The notes beneath the pieces are model-generated. The model saw only the letters and a program-made list of their open reading frames with translations. It did not search any database and was not told where the DNA came from. Below, piece after piece: positions 38,547-51,404 of a DNA stretch of 64,000 bases. The position numbers were made by a program, and so were the translations under genes. Every line of letters starts with the position of its first letter. Positions within the stretch are counted from its first letter, which is position 1. Origin of the DNA: Monocercomonoides exilis PA203 (lineage: Eukaryota; Protista; Preaxostyla); contig LSRY02000026.1 in assembly GCA_001643675.2 (NCBI GenBank), positions 1,255,189 to 1,319,188 on the forward strand, given 5' to 3'.

Positions 38547-40035
38547 ATGGATGAATATTTAGAAAAGGAAGATTGTGGAGAAGATTCAAGCCAAAAGGAT
38601 GTCGAAGGAGAGGATGATTCAATGACGCTTGATAACAATGACATTGAAATCAATGCAGTCGACAGGGAAGAGAAGTTGCTTGAATTGTTGGATGCAATGG
38701 AATCGAAGAAGCTTAGGCCTACAGGTTTATTCAAGAACGGATTAGTTACGAAAAGCAGCTTTTATCGTGCTGCAAAGGCAAGGAAGGAAGGAAGGGACAT
38801 TTGCAGAATAGGAAGACCCCCAATTCTAAGCAAGCGAAGTTAAACTACATTCTTCACAAAAATTAAAGATAAAATACAACTTGGTGCCTTTCCGTGTGCA
38901 AGACAAGTGAGAGACATAGTTGGATTTTTCTTTCTTTCTTTCTTTTTTTAAAGTTTTGTGTTTATATCTTTTTGCATGTTTTTATTAGGCAATAGAAGTC
39001 ATATCCGAAGATCAACACAAGCCAACTCAGAGCACTCATGTGTGCCGCACTTGGCCATATTCTTTTATCAAGTCGAACGAGGACCTTTTCTTTGTACATC
39101 CCATTCATTTGCCAGCAGCGAGAGCTGCTCATTCTACAAAGGAATGCCTTTTTCCTTGGTTTGAAAAAGTTAAACATTTATTTGATGAGCATCGGTATAA
39201 ATCGCAATCAATTTTTAATCTGGACGAAGTGTTTATCACGACACCTGAAGTCAAACCCAGCCTTGTTGTTACTTCAAATAAAAAAGATGCATGCATGACG
39301 CCAGAGCCATCTCTCCCAGCAGGTGTCTCAGGGCTCTTCATGGTTTCAGCAGATGGAGTGAGTTATCCAGCCATTTTCAAAATCAGAGCAAAAAAACTAC
39401 CAAAGGAATACTCAGACGCTACTGAACACTCATTACGGTTTACGGTTGATAACACTCCCTCAATGACTACAGAAAGCTTCCGGTTCTTTTTCGAAAAAGC
39501 GATTGTTCTGTTTATGATCCAAAGAAGGAAATTCGTCAAATCCAAAGAAGAGCATTGTTCACTATTCATGGATTCACTTGCTGCTCATTTGTCAAGGAAT
39601 ATCATACAATGTGCGAAGGATAACAGAATTGATCTATGCTTTCCTTCTTCACATACTTCTCATTTGGTTCAACCTTTGGATCTCTACGTTAATACCAATT
39701 TTAAAAATTCTCTAAGAATAACTGATTACGAAACTCATGAATCCAATGCGAGTAGTGCAAGGAGAAACTTTGTTTTAAAATTGAGAACTGCATTGCATGC
39801 TGCATTTAGTCCCTCTACAATCACAGCTTCATTCAGAGATGCAGGCATCTGGCCTTTCAACCCTGATGTTGTGCTATCTAAACTTCCAGAGAAAAAGCCA
39901 GAGTGGGCAAAAGTATCTTCAAAAATCATGGATCCTCAATTACCTTATTTCAATGGAAGAATTTTTTTATCAACAGACCCAATGGCCCCTTATGATGACG
40001 GAGTTCATCCATATTTTTTTAATTTTCATGTTTAA
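38547..40035 (+). pseudogene. pogo/Fot1-like DDE_1 (DD35D) transposase with one premature TAA
   Basis: GRPPILS HTH linker, TAA at 38841, phase-0 intron 38919-38988, IFNLDE, LFMDSLAAH and SHLVQPLD; 35 residues between the last two Asp. Confidence 0.9.
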
Positions 40036-42780
40036 TATTTTGTTTTAATGTTTTATTTCAATAAAAGAAAAATATATGATAGTTGAATTTTTTTCATTTG
40101 TTTTCAGAACAGATATCGTTCATATTTGAAATAAAATCAATTATTAAAAAACGAAAAAAATGAAGTTCCGGGTTTATGACATGTCCCGGATTTTTTATAC
40201 ACTAGCTTTAGAACTTAAACGAATTTTCCCAGCCGCACCAAACTGATTGAGTCACAGCGTATTATATTTATCTTATAGAATGTTATTCAATCAAATCGGT
40301 ACTTTTTCGCTTTCAAAGTTATACCTCTGTGACGTAACAAATCACTTGAAGCCTCGTCCGTCACCAAAAAAAAAAAGTAAATAAATAAATAAAAATAAAA
40401 ATATAAATAAAATAAAATAAAATAAAATAAAAAAAATAAAATATAACTTTTCAAATAGATTTCATCAATAATATTCACCACAATTTATTCAAATAATACA
40501 TTTTTGAAGTAATTTTATAAAAGAGAAATGTTTAACTTTTATTATGGATATAAAAAAATAATTGTGGGTTTATTCTTCGTTATTTAATCTTTGAAGATAA
40601 ATATCTTTGAAAAAGCATCTTTGGCGTTTCTTCGTGGGTGTGTGTGTGTGTGTTTAGTTAATTGCTTTTTTTAGAAATGAATTTATTTTGAATAAGAGAC
40701 AGACAGCGAGAAATGTTTGAATGAAACGGAAGGAATCATCAAGTGCGATCAGAAGCAGCACAATTTGGGTTGACTTGCAAATGGATAAGTTTTGGAGAAA
40801 TTGTTGAAGCGATTGACGAAGTGCAGAGAGATGGGGGAAGTGAATGTGAATGGGCCGGGTTTCTGGAGAGAAGATTCAAAAGAAGTGGGGGAGGTGGGAA
40901 AGGATGTGGATTGGAAGAGAAAATATGATGAGAGGATGAGAAAAGTGCAAAAGTGTATAATTATTCCTCTTTCAATTAAAAGATATTTTGAACAATAATA
41001 GCATATTATAAATAGCATAAATAATTACACTTTTGGTGGAACAGTTCTTTGATATATCTTCAAAATTTTCATCAACATATATTTTTGATCAATCTTTTTA
41101 TTAAATAATTGAATCTGTCTATTTTTTTTTTTTTTTTTTTTTTTTTGTGCGAATGCGAAAGAACTGAAGGTTGATTGTTGCATTGAACAATGCGCTGCTA
41201 ATGGTATCATGAAATATGTTTGACTTTGTGTTATTTTTTCTCTTTTCTCTTGTTTTTCTTTTTATTTCTAACTTTCTCATTTTGATTAATAACTGATAAT
41301 TCAAAAAGATATTTATGAAATTTATCCATATTGAACTGTTCATTGAATATTTATTTGTGATTGAAAATATTGAAAACTTCAAATAATAAAAAATATTTAA
41401 CAAAAATGGAGAAGCGAATTGTATTATTTGGCTGCAATCAGTCGAATTCATGTATTTTCAAAAAACGGAATGGAAAGTTGTTCAAAACCTGGCTGATCAT
41501 GAAATGGTTTGTATTTTTCTATTGATACTTTTCCAGATCAAAATGAATTTCTATTTAAAAGCAACAAATGAAATACAAAATTTGGTGGTGATTTTTTAAA
41601 CTCATTAACATTCAATGCTCCTACAGAAAATTAGCCAAGTCAATTTTCAATCAATGATTGCCAATTCGCAAACAACAAATATGAAAGTTCATTTTTATGG
41701 GGAGGTGCTGTATTGTTTTTCAGAGATCCATTTTTCTGGATGAACAGAGTAAAATGCATCTCGTTTTGTTTCATCAATGGCAACTACGCTTCTTGTGGAA
41801 AGTGGAATGATGCATTTTTAAATGGAAGTGTCATCCTTCAATCTCCATTTATGAATTGTGTGTCAACAACCACTTCATCAAAAGTCTTGAAAGCCAGAAA
41901 TACGTTCCATGAGTATGTTAACATTCACCAACATCTTATTGTTTTGCTCTTTTGATTTGAAACAAAAAACAACAAAAGCCTATTCTTCATTCTTTTCTTT
42001 CACTTCTTCTTTTTCTTCAATGCTTTTTTCAATTTTTCAACTTTTTCCTGTTCTTTGCCTAATTTATCACTTGTGATTATTTATCATTGCTGTAAAGTTT
42101 CATAGCTACTCATTCTTAAACTCATCCAAACTCTACAACACGTCATTCTGAAGCTGCTTAATCGATCCCATTATTTGTATCGAGCCTTTCTTCATCTTTT
42201 CAACACTCTAAACCAATGACATCCTCTGACTATAAAAAAACAAATTGAATTAATATTTTCCTATTCTCATCTGAGCCATCATTCTCCACCTTCTCATCTT
42301 CATCTCATTTCTCTTCTTCACTATTGAAAATGACAACAAATCTCATCAATAATGATGCGCTTCATGCTCCACTTCAACTGTCCATTAGAACGATTGCGTT
42401 GGACTAGGAAAACATCTTCTTTGATGCCTGTACGATGCACGGATCAAATTTTCAATTGATAAAGAACAGCGACTAATGGAGGCTGCTCATGTGGTTGGCA
42501 AAGCAGGTGAATTCGAAGCTGACGAAAAAGGGCATTTAGAGAGAAGTGATAGAAAAGGAAGAGAAGGAGAGAAGAGAGAAAAGCTCGTTCCGATGAAGGG
42601 AAGACAAAGTTTAGTGCGAAAAATGTTATCATCATTGCAGAATTTTAAAGTTCTTCAAATAACTTTGTTTTTGATGTTTGTTCATAAACAACACTGCATT
42701 TCCCCCTTATTCTTCATCCTCTACCTTCTTCTTCATCAATTTTAAACTCTTTCTCATTATCAGCTTTCATGTCAACTTCT

Positions 42781-42900
42781 TCACCTTCTTCTTCACCTTC
42801 TTCTTCACCTTCTTCTTCACCTTCTTCTTCACCTTCTTCTTCACCTTCTTCTTCACCTTCTTCTTCACCTTCTTCTTCACCTTCTTCTTCACCTTCTTCT
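42781..42900. repeat. (TCACCTTCTTCT)x10 perfect minisatellite
   Basis: Direct observation. Confidence 0.95.
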
Positions 42901-44944
42901 TCGCTGTCTTCTTCCTCTTCTTCTTCCCCTTCTTCTTCGCTGTCTTCTTCTCATTCTTCCTCTTCTTCTTTTTTCAAAGAAATCAACATTTCAATTCAGA
43001 ATAATTGAAGTTCAGTCTCTTTCAGATTATTAATGAAATAGAAGTGAAGCGCAATGAATCAAAAATAGAAGGAACTTCATTTGACGATTTTTTAGCAAAA
43101 GAGAAAAAAAGAAAGAGAGAAAGAGAGAAAGAGAGAAAGAGAGAAAGAGAGAAAGAGAGAAAGAGAGAAAGGGAGAAAGAGGAAAGAGAAAAAAAGAGGA
43201 AAAAAAGAGAATTCAATCATGACAAACTTCATCAATCAAGTTCATTTTGAATCAGGTTATTGCCCATTTTCTTCGTTGACAAATTTCTTGATATATAATC
43301 ATCATAAACGACATCAAGATTGTATTCGTCAATTAACTTTTTTTGGTTCTTTTTAATATTTCTAAAGAAGTTCCACTTCAATCTTCTCCTTTCCCTTTTT
43401 TAATTTATTAAGGATGATCCAAGATAGAGAGAAAGCTGAGTCAGAAGGAGGATTAAAAATCAAACAACAAATCAACATAATTACCGATTGTGTTCGAATC
43501 TTTTCGAAGAAGATGGACGGGAACTATTTGTTCAACGAATATTCAAAATGAAGATAAAAATCAAGAGTTGAATTTAATATTTTCTTTTTTATTTTAAGTC
43601 TGAAAACAAAAACATTTTTAAAATTTTTGAAGCGTTTTTTTTCATTTCATTTAGTGAGAATAATGAATAAAAGTTACATTAACACTAGTGATGTTGCAAA
43701 TAAATTCATTGCTTAAAATATTTTGAAAGTTTCCTTCGTAATTTAGTGATGATTAAATGTTGACATAAAGCTTTTTATCAAAAAAACTTAGAATTCCATG
43801 AAAGCAAATGACAACATCACTGAATCCTTTTTCTCATCCTTTCATGCTTTTTCATTTTCAATGCTTGTCGAATCTTTTATTCCATTTCATCATCATCTTC
43901 TTCTTTTAATTGCCCAAGAATATAAGTTAAAAAATCCAAGCTATTCAATTCCACCATTGAATCCAATATTTGTCTCTTCATCACCTCCAGAACAACATTA
44001 AAAGGACCTCTGTTCAACAAAGCATCAATTATCACAGCTGTGTCAAATGCTGTTTCTGATCAAAAGATTTAAACATCATTTGTATATTTCTCCGTTATTT
44101 TCCTTTGATGATTGCAATAACTTAACAATGACGCCAATAAGCTCAGCAGATTCTTCAGTCCAAGATTTACAATTGTGAAAATAAATTTCCAACATTTTGA
44201 TCCATCTATTAAAAATAAGATCATCTTCAATTTCTTTTTCTTCTTTTTCGTCTTTCATCTTCCAGTCCGCACAATTTGACAGCTTTTCAAGTTATTATAT
44301 TGCTTCTCACAAAATGCAGCTTATTCAAGATCAAATCTTCTCAGTTTCTTTCATCGCGAAGTCAAATTATCAGATATTCCTAAGCAAACTGACAAGCAAG
44401 CTTTATTGTGTTCTGTTGCTCTTGATGACATTCGATGATCTCCTTGATTTTATTAAAATTTAGTTCTTAGACAGTTTTTTTTTTGAAAAAAGAGTGCGAA
44501 AAATATCAATAACATTCAAAAACGAAATAACAAAGTTCATACGCAATGTCCAATGTAACTCAAAGGCAAGAAATCAATTACTACTTCTTTTTGAAATAGC
44601 TCGTTTTTCTTTTTGCTATAAGTGAATTTTGAAAGATGAAAAAGACAAACATTATGTTGATCCTCCTCCATTTCATCATGTAACTGAAAATGCATTCGAA
44701 AAGATTTGGAATAAGCATTTTTTTGTCTTTTCATCGTTTAATAATATGTAGCTGATATTCATTCACAAATGAAACTCTTCTTTTTTTTGAAGAACTGTAA
44801 AAAAATCTGAAAAGATCGGATTCAATGAAAAAGAGTTAAGTATTTTTCTGAATATTATGTATTTTTCACAATATGACGAATAATAAAAGAGAAACAAATG
44901 CGATATTGATGCGAATAAATAAATCTTCAAGAAAAAATCAAAGT

Positions 44945-47868
44945 TTACAGAAGCAACAAAGAGTTTAACGTTTCAATCGAAAGAGAATGCCTTCGGTCTC
45001 CGACTATTCGTTTCAAACGAGAAAAAAGTCTTTCGCACGACACCTCACTGCAAGGTGCTGTGACTAGGCAATAACAAATGTTCGCTTAGATTGTGTGGAT
45101 TCTTCCCAAGGCTGCAATGTGGCTGTTAAAAACAGCTGATCCTTCAGCTGTGGAGTAATCTGAAAGGGCTGCGGTATACTGTTTGAATAACGAAAGACAT
45201 CCAATTTTAATATCCTTATTGCATATTGTTAATGTTTTCTCAACGAAAACTGAGAATGATCCAAAAATTCTTCCATAGCAATTTGAAAAAAGAATTTCTT
45301 CAATTTTGGTTATGATATTGCCAATCTCTTCTTTGGTGTTATCCATTGGATAATTCAATTTATCATTTGCACCCAAAAGAATAACCTCCTCCGATTCATT
45401 GTCTTGTTCATGATAGGATTGTTCCTCTTGTTCGAAAGAAGCTTCTTTTGAAGAAGTTCCTTCTGTATTTTTGAAGGTAATTGAACAATTTGTGGATCTT
45501 GTTTGATAATGAAAACGTTCAATGCTTTCTTCATTTCCACAAAAATCTTCCTCCAAAAATAAATCATCCTGTTCATCGAAGTTATAAAAATCATAACAAT
45601 CTTCTTCGTTCTCTACACTTTCTTCATCATTTTCTTCATCGCTATATTCATTACTTCGATCGCTTAATAATGTCGCTTCCAAGTCTTTCAGAATTTGTTG
45701 TTATTCATCCATCTGTGAATCAAAAGCATCGGATGATATCCATTCTGATCTCATTGAGTTAATCGAAGAAGGAGAAGATGAAGAAGAAGAAGAAGAGGAA
45801 GAGGAAGAGGAAGAGGAAGAGGAAGAGGAAGAGGAAGAGGAAGAGGAAGAGGAAGATGAAGAAGCTGCACTCGCTGATGATTGAAGTTGATTTTCTTTCG
45901 ATAAATTAACATCAGAAAATGCGTGACGAAAATTGCTCAAAGAAAGCGGAGATGATACCGTGTGAAATTCTTTGGAATTTTCATTGTCTTGTTGATGATC
46001 GATAGAAGATAAACACAAGCCAGTTGATGAAGCTGAAAGATTAAGAAAGTTGATTATTCAATAATTGTTTTGTGTGATAAGAAAATATTTAATATATATG
46101 AAAAATGACAGACAATTTTTTGATTGACACAGTTTTTCAAAATATGCATCACCAAATTTGCCTAATCTGAGCTTTGTTCCTCCTTCTGGCGTAGGAGCAT
46201 AAGATAAGGCAATCAAATCTCCTCTTTCTCCTACCAATAAATAATTAAACAAAGTTATCCAAATATGAATTATTGCTCCAACCCATTCACTCGTTTGAAA
46301 GTGTTTATTTTTCAATAACAACTGAAAACAGGACATAGCTTCCAATAGTTTAGGAAAAACTGAACAAAGTTTGAGATTGTTGCTTTCAAAAGCAAAATGA
46401 AGCTTTTGAAGAGGATAAAGCAAAATTTCAGTTTTAATGGTATTTAAAACCGAAATATGATCCAATAAATCGTTTTTGACAATTATGTAGCGTTTTTTCC
46501 GAATGAAAGTGCAAATTTCACTTATGCAAAACCATCTGGTACAAATAAATGCAGGACAATTCGATTTGAGTAGTTTTTTCATAGCTATCGAATGTGAATG
46601 CTTTGAAAACTCTGTTAAAACTTCTTTTTCCATCTTAAGAAATGAATTTTCTTTAAAAGAATGGGTAATAACCAAATTAATGAGATGATTGCAGCAATAA
46701 ACGTGGAAAGGCCTAATTGAAATTGATGATAACGAACATTCGTCATCCTTTTCTTTTGATAATTGTTGCAACGCCATTTTTTGTGGTAGTAATCCATCAC
46801 TGCACAATGATCTAACTTCAGCTCCGTAACTCATCACTTCCTTGATGCATGTTTTCGTTATATTTTTGTAATCTTCACAACTGAAGCAGGGATTTGTTAA
46901 TTTCCAAAACAATAGAATTTTAAGAGTGAATTACCAATGTGACAATTGCGCATTTTTTACCAGCTATTAATCCTCCATCTATCATAAGACCTACACATTG
47001 ATCTTTAATTGCATTTCCTCTCTCCTGAATGGTTTTCGATTTTCTTTCTTTAATCAAATTTGTAATTTTCGTGGGAGTCAGATAAGGAAATATTGAAGAA
47101 CTTGGAGTGTCTGTATGATGTTGTGAGTATTGAATTAAGGTTTTTACAAAAGAATTAAATTCCTTTGATCCTGCAGAAAGAAAAGACAGGTTGCATCGAG
47201 AAATAAGATTTAAAAACAGATCGCATAAAATGTTTGGTCTTTGATTATATTTGTTCTCCGAAGGAAGCACTTCCTTTGCAGTTTTATCTTTTGTTGTTTT
47301 TTTTGTCCAAAACCATTTGTCCAGCATTGCATTTAGTAACGAGCACTTGTGTGATTTGATTGATATCGAATTTTCCCTTCCTGAGCAGCCGCAAGCCACT
47401 TCGTTCTTTTCACACATACACATAAACATACGATGCCCATCTATTTTTGTTATTCCATCAGGCTTCACACGATAGTAACAAATCCAAATGTCATTGCACA
47501 AAATCTGGAAATGGAGCCTATTTATGAATTCATTCTTTTTAGTCGGATGTTTATAACCTTGAAGGTTTATGGCAAAAAATATTATACATTTATTGATAAA
47601 TGAGAAAAATAAAAATTTTATTCAAAGCAAACAAACATATAACTTTTTCATTGATAATGATTGGTTCGACGTGAACAATGCTGCAATTTGCTTTTTCAAG
47701 TTCTTTCAATTTTCTTTCAAACGATACACGCTGAACGAAAAGTGGAAAATTTGAAAAAATAGATCAAACAAAAACAGAAATATTCTAGCAAACAATTGCG
47801 AAATCTTCCAAAGACTTGAAAAGGCAAATTGGAAGAGATTTGACGATTGCATCTGAATTTTCAGCCAT
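44945..47868 (-). pseudogene. hAT transposase, intron-containing, disrupted
   Basis: GLMIDG, LCSDG, CCNHLINL (CxxH), CTRW, LLYPL and C-terminal APCSEVSCERLFSRLK (about 45010-45060, after an in-frame TAA); long poly-Ser/acidic insert; putative ATG at 47868. Confidence 0.85.
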
Positions 47869-48329
47869 TTTAACTTTTGTCAGTGACGGTCAATGACTGT
47901 CAATGACAAATTTTGACATAATAATTCCTCAACTGACTTTTTTTGTCTTTCAACAATTTGAATATTGGGAGATTGATCTTCAAAAACGTTAAAAAAATTT
48001 TCCAAAAATTCAAAAAATTGTTAATTTCTAATTTATTTTTGTTGATTGTGTTATGAAAAAATAGAAATATGTAGAAATAATATTTTTTTTGACAAATCGA
48101 TAAAGTCCTGTCAGTCATTTTGTCATTATTTCAAAATTCTCTTGTCACGTCACAGAGGTATACTTTGATGGATATAATTCAATATGAGTGAATAAATACG
48201 AACAAGTTCTTTTTAACACTTTTTTGATCTGAACAGGTCATTTCGTGCAAATTAATCCAAATCGTTTTTTATTGTTTTCTCGTATATTGATATCGTAAGT
48301 TCTTTTCACGATAATTCAATTTTTCTATC

Positions 48330-48731
48330 CTATACCTCTGTGACATGACAAGAGAAAATTGAAAAAATAACAAAATGACTGACAAGATATTTATGATTTG
48401 TTAAAAAGGGTTATTTATAACGATTTCATTATTCTTAATTACAATAATACTGAATTTGAAAATCTTTGTTAATAATACTTTTTGTTGTGAAAAATTAAAA
48501 ATTAAATATTAAATGTTCAAGTTCCCAACATGAATTTTTTTCACAGAAAATGTCAGTTGTGGAATATTTTTGTCACAATTTGTTATTGACAGTCACTGAC
48601 GGTCGCTGACAAAAGAGAAAAAACGACAAAATATAACACATGCTATCAACGAATCTTTTCCAAAGAGCTTTAAAAAGTCTTTAGTGGTCTTAGCAATAGT
48701 TTATTTTATTTAAATTTGAATTAAAAAACTT

Positions 48732-48765
<34 letters not shown>

Positions 48766-48810
48766 TGACAGACGAGGATTCATGTAATTTGTCAGGTCAC
48801 AGAGGTATAA
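48330..48810. mobile_element. hAT MITE with 8-bp TSD TTTCTATC
   Basis: TTTCTATC|CTATACCTCTGTGACATGACAA ... TTGTCAGGTCACAGAGGTATAA|TTTCTATC. Confidence 0.9.
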
Positions 48811-49557
48811 TTTCTATCACTTTTTTCTTTTTTAACTTTTTGTATATTCTTCATTTGATCAGAACTATTTGTCTTTTTGTAATATCTTTTGAAACACTTT
48901 GATCTGAGATTTTGCACATAAATGTATGTTATTGCAAAATCTCAGATCAGGGGAATCATTTCGTCAGAAACGTGAAAGCTTTGTTTAATTCTGAAAAAAA
49001 GATTAATTTTAATTTTAATTTTTAAATGACAGACAAATGATTTTTTAACTTGTCAAATCACAGAGGAATAGTTTTTTCTTCAATCATCTCTTGCTTGCTG
49101 ACAAAATACTCAATTTACATATTTAAATAAGATCATAATAGGAAGAGAGATTGGCAAAAATGTATAGCAAGAAACAGAAATATTCATTTTACAAATTTGC
49201 AAACAGGTTTGTTTTATCATAATATTTCATCCCGTAAGCAAAGTTTGATAACAGCTAAAATACTCAGATCAAAAATAACTGACAATTGTTTTTGAAAAGA
49301 TCACACAAAAAATCTGATTAATCAGAATTGATAAATTTTAATCAAATAAGATTGATTAGAACTTGATTAATTTGACTGCATCTTAATGACATTAGATCGG
49401 TCAACATCCAATAAGATCGATCTAATGTTATTAAGATGCAGTCAAATTGGATGTGACTCAGTCACATCCGATGTTTTCAATTCTGGGTTTCATGATCACT
49501 TTAAAAATATGTTTTTTATGGGTCATTTCACTTGCTTGTTTCTCTTTTTTTCACAAA

Positions 49558-51343
49558 ATGTCACAATCAACTTTTTTTAAGACATATTAGAGAGAGTGGA
49601 AAAGAGAAATACTATCACTGCACCAGTGCACATCGCTCCTTCACCTGCAAAAAAATCCCTCATCGAATCTGCTTGCAAATGGGTGATTATTTTTGAAATC
49701 ATATCTTTTTTCGGGGTGTTGATTTTTCAATGACTGAAAGTTTTTCGAAAAAGGTTTTTGCTTCAAATAAGAAAAAGCATGATAACTGTTTTTTAAAACA
49801 AATGGTTTTTCCGAATCAAGGATTAAAATGCATTCAATAAGCCTTTTTTCTTTTCAATTCGTTTTTATTGATATTTAAGAAATATATTTGCTCCGAAATT
49901 TTTGAATGAAAAAATATGATTTCAAAAATAATCACCCAAATATATGAAAGTTGATAAAACTCATGCATTTTTCCGACTCACTGGATTTGTTCGTTTTGAA
50001 TTTGATTTGCTCTATCAGTTATTAAGCAAAGAAATCCCTTTTCATCGGGAAAAAAAAAAACAATTGAAAAATTTGAGGATCAACTCTTTTTTCTTTTGAA
50101 TTTTTGCATCTTGGATCAACATCCTTCACTCATTTTCTCGTTTCTTCTTTTTATGAAACACAAAATTCAAACAATTAAATTGCTTCATAGCATTGTTCAA
50201 AATATAAAAGTCAATCTGATCGATTTGTTTATCACATTTCGACCAGATAGATTAGATGATATGAGAGATGTGGGTTTTGTGGTTGACTGCACAGTTCTTA
50301 CAACCAACAGACCAGCTGGAAGCTTGCAGTTTGGAACAAAATTCTACAGCGGGAAGCATCATATCTACTGCGTAAAGGCTGAAGTTGGTGTAAACCCGCG
50401 CACCGGAACAGCCAGCACTGTCAGTTCCATTCACACCGGCTCAACACACGACTTTTCTATCTTCAAGGAGCATTTCCCACAATTTAAGGCGCAGCTTGGA
50501 GGGTCAAAGGTGTTTGCGGACTCGGCATACATCGGGGCGAGGGCTGATTTGGATGCATATATTACGAAACCTGTCGGAACTCCTCAGCTGGCATCGCGGC
50601 GAGTCATAGTCGAGCGTTATTTTGGTCGTTTGAAGACTCTCTTCGCTGTCTTTCGCCACAATTGGTCATTTCAGGTCGAAAAGATTGCTGACTACTTCAT
50701 TGTTACATGCGCACTGACAAACTTCCATATCCTTCACAACCCATTAACTGGACTTTACTGCAAAGCCAATCAGAGGTTCATCAATGAACTGTACCTAATT
50801 ACAACAAGAAAAATAGAAGCAAGGAGACTTGTCAACGATCGATATCGGGCTAAACTTAAGAATAGACTCAATCCAGAGGCCTCTCCAACTTCTAGAATTT
50901 CAGTTCTGCTTGCAGAAGTAGCTGGCGTGATTTTTTATTTTTTACCCATATTATTCTTTATAACGTTTAATTTCTTCTTTTTCATATTTCAATAACCATA
51001 ACTATCTTTTTCAGGTGATTCTGATGACCAACAAACCCAAAATAGTGAAAAAGAAGAGAAAGAAGAAGAAAAAGAAGAAAAGGAAAAGAAAAAGAAAATT
51101 TCTATTGAAGAAAAAGAAAAAAGAAATGAAATTATTATGTTGAATAGTTAAAATGATGAAATTGAAGATGAAAGAAATAATGTTGTTGGCACATGGTTCA
51201 TTCCGAACCAATGGAAAAGTCTTCGCCTTCTTCAACAATCTTCTTCTTCAACTTTTCCTTCTTCGTCATGTTCATTATTTGATGAAAAAAGAAAAAGAGT
51301 AAGTGAATCACCTTTACAATCACTTTTAGCCAACAAAAAATGA
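49558..51343 (+). pseudogene. Harbinger-like transposase H3, interrupted by a MITE and frameshifts
   Basis: MSQSTF..ILERVEKRN, GFVVDCT, YSGKHHIYCVK, VFADSAY, RVIVERYFGRLK; intron about 50925-51014; tail WFIPNQWKS ... SPLQSLL. Confidence 0.9.
49681..49937. mobile_element. GGG-terminus MITE, 24-bp perfect TIR, AAAT TSD
   Basis: AAAT|GGGTGATTATTTTTGAAATCATAT ... ATATGATTTCAAAAATAATCACCC|AAAT. Removal restores the local H3 frame (ACKYMKVDKTHAFFRLTGF). Confidence 0.92.
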
Positions 51344-51404
51344 GTTTTTTCTTATTTTTTTATATAAACATTCACCTTCATCACCTTTTTTGATACGCAC
51401 AATA

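Larger units (their letters stand above)
33193..40202 (+). mobile_element. Cargo-carrying pogo-like element B (near full length, 7.0 kb)
   Basis: TA|GCGTGTCAAATACCCGGGA ... TCCCGGATTTTTTATACAC|TA; contains the cargo and a DD35D transposase. Confidence 0.85.
40319..48163 (-). mobile_element. hAT-superfamily element, 7.8 kb
   Basis: TIRs TATACCTCTGTGACGT at both ends; the two ends match the two ends of the 48330-48810 MITE; encloses a hAT transposase. TSD not cleanly preserved. Confidence 0.75.
40211..48209. mobile_element. Probable small Harbinger-family MITE split by the hAT element
   Basis: Left end TA|GAACTTAAACGAATTT (nearly identical to the H2 end) plus TGATTGAGTCAC; degenerate partner AAATACGAACAAGTTC at 48194-48209. 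Confidence 0.45.

Noticed and set aside
10234-38843. Stop-codon reassignment (many in-frame TAA/TAG/TGA; TAR=Gln is known in some oxymonads)
   Set aside because: All three stop types occur together with frameshifts, and the intact H4 gene and the 728-aa ORF contain no in-frame TAR despite many Gln codons. Pseudogenisation is the simpler explanation.
33175-40230. Element B inserted into a pre-existing hairpin (TTCGTTTAAGTTCTA...TAGAACTTAAACGAA)
   Set aside because: Better explained as two H-family TIRs from adjacent elements facing each other.
42781-42900. CRISPR-like array
   Set aside because: Contiguous 12-bp repeats without spacers, no cas genes, eukaryotic context.
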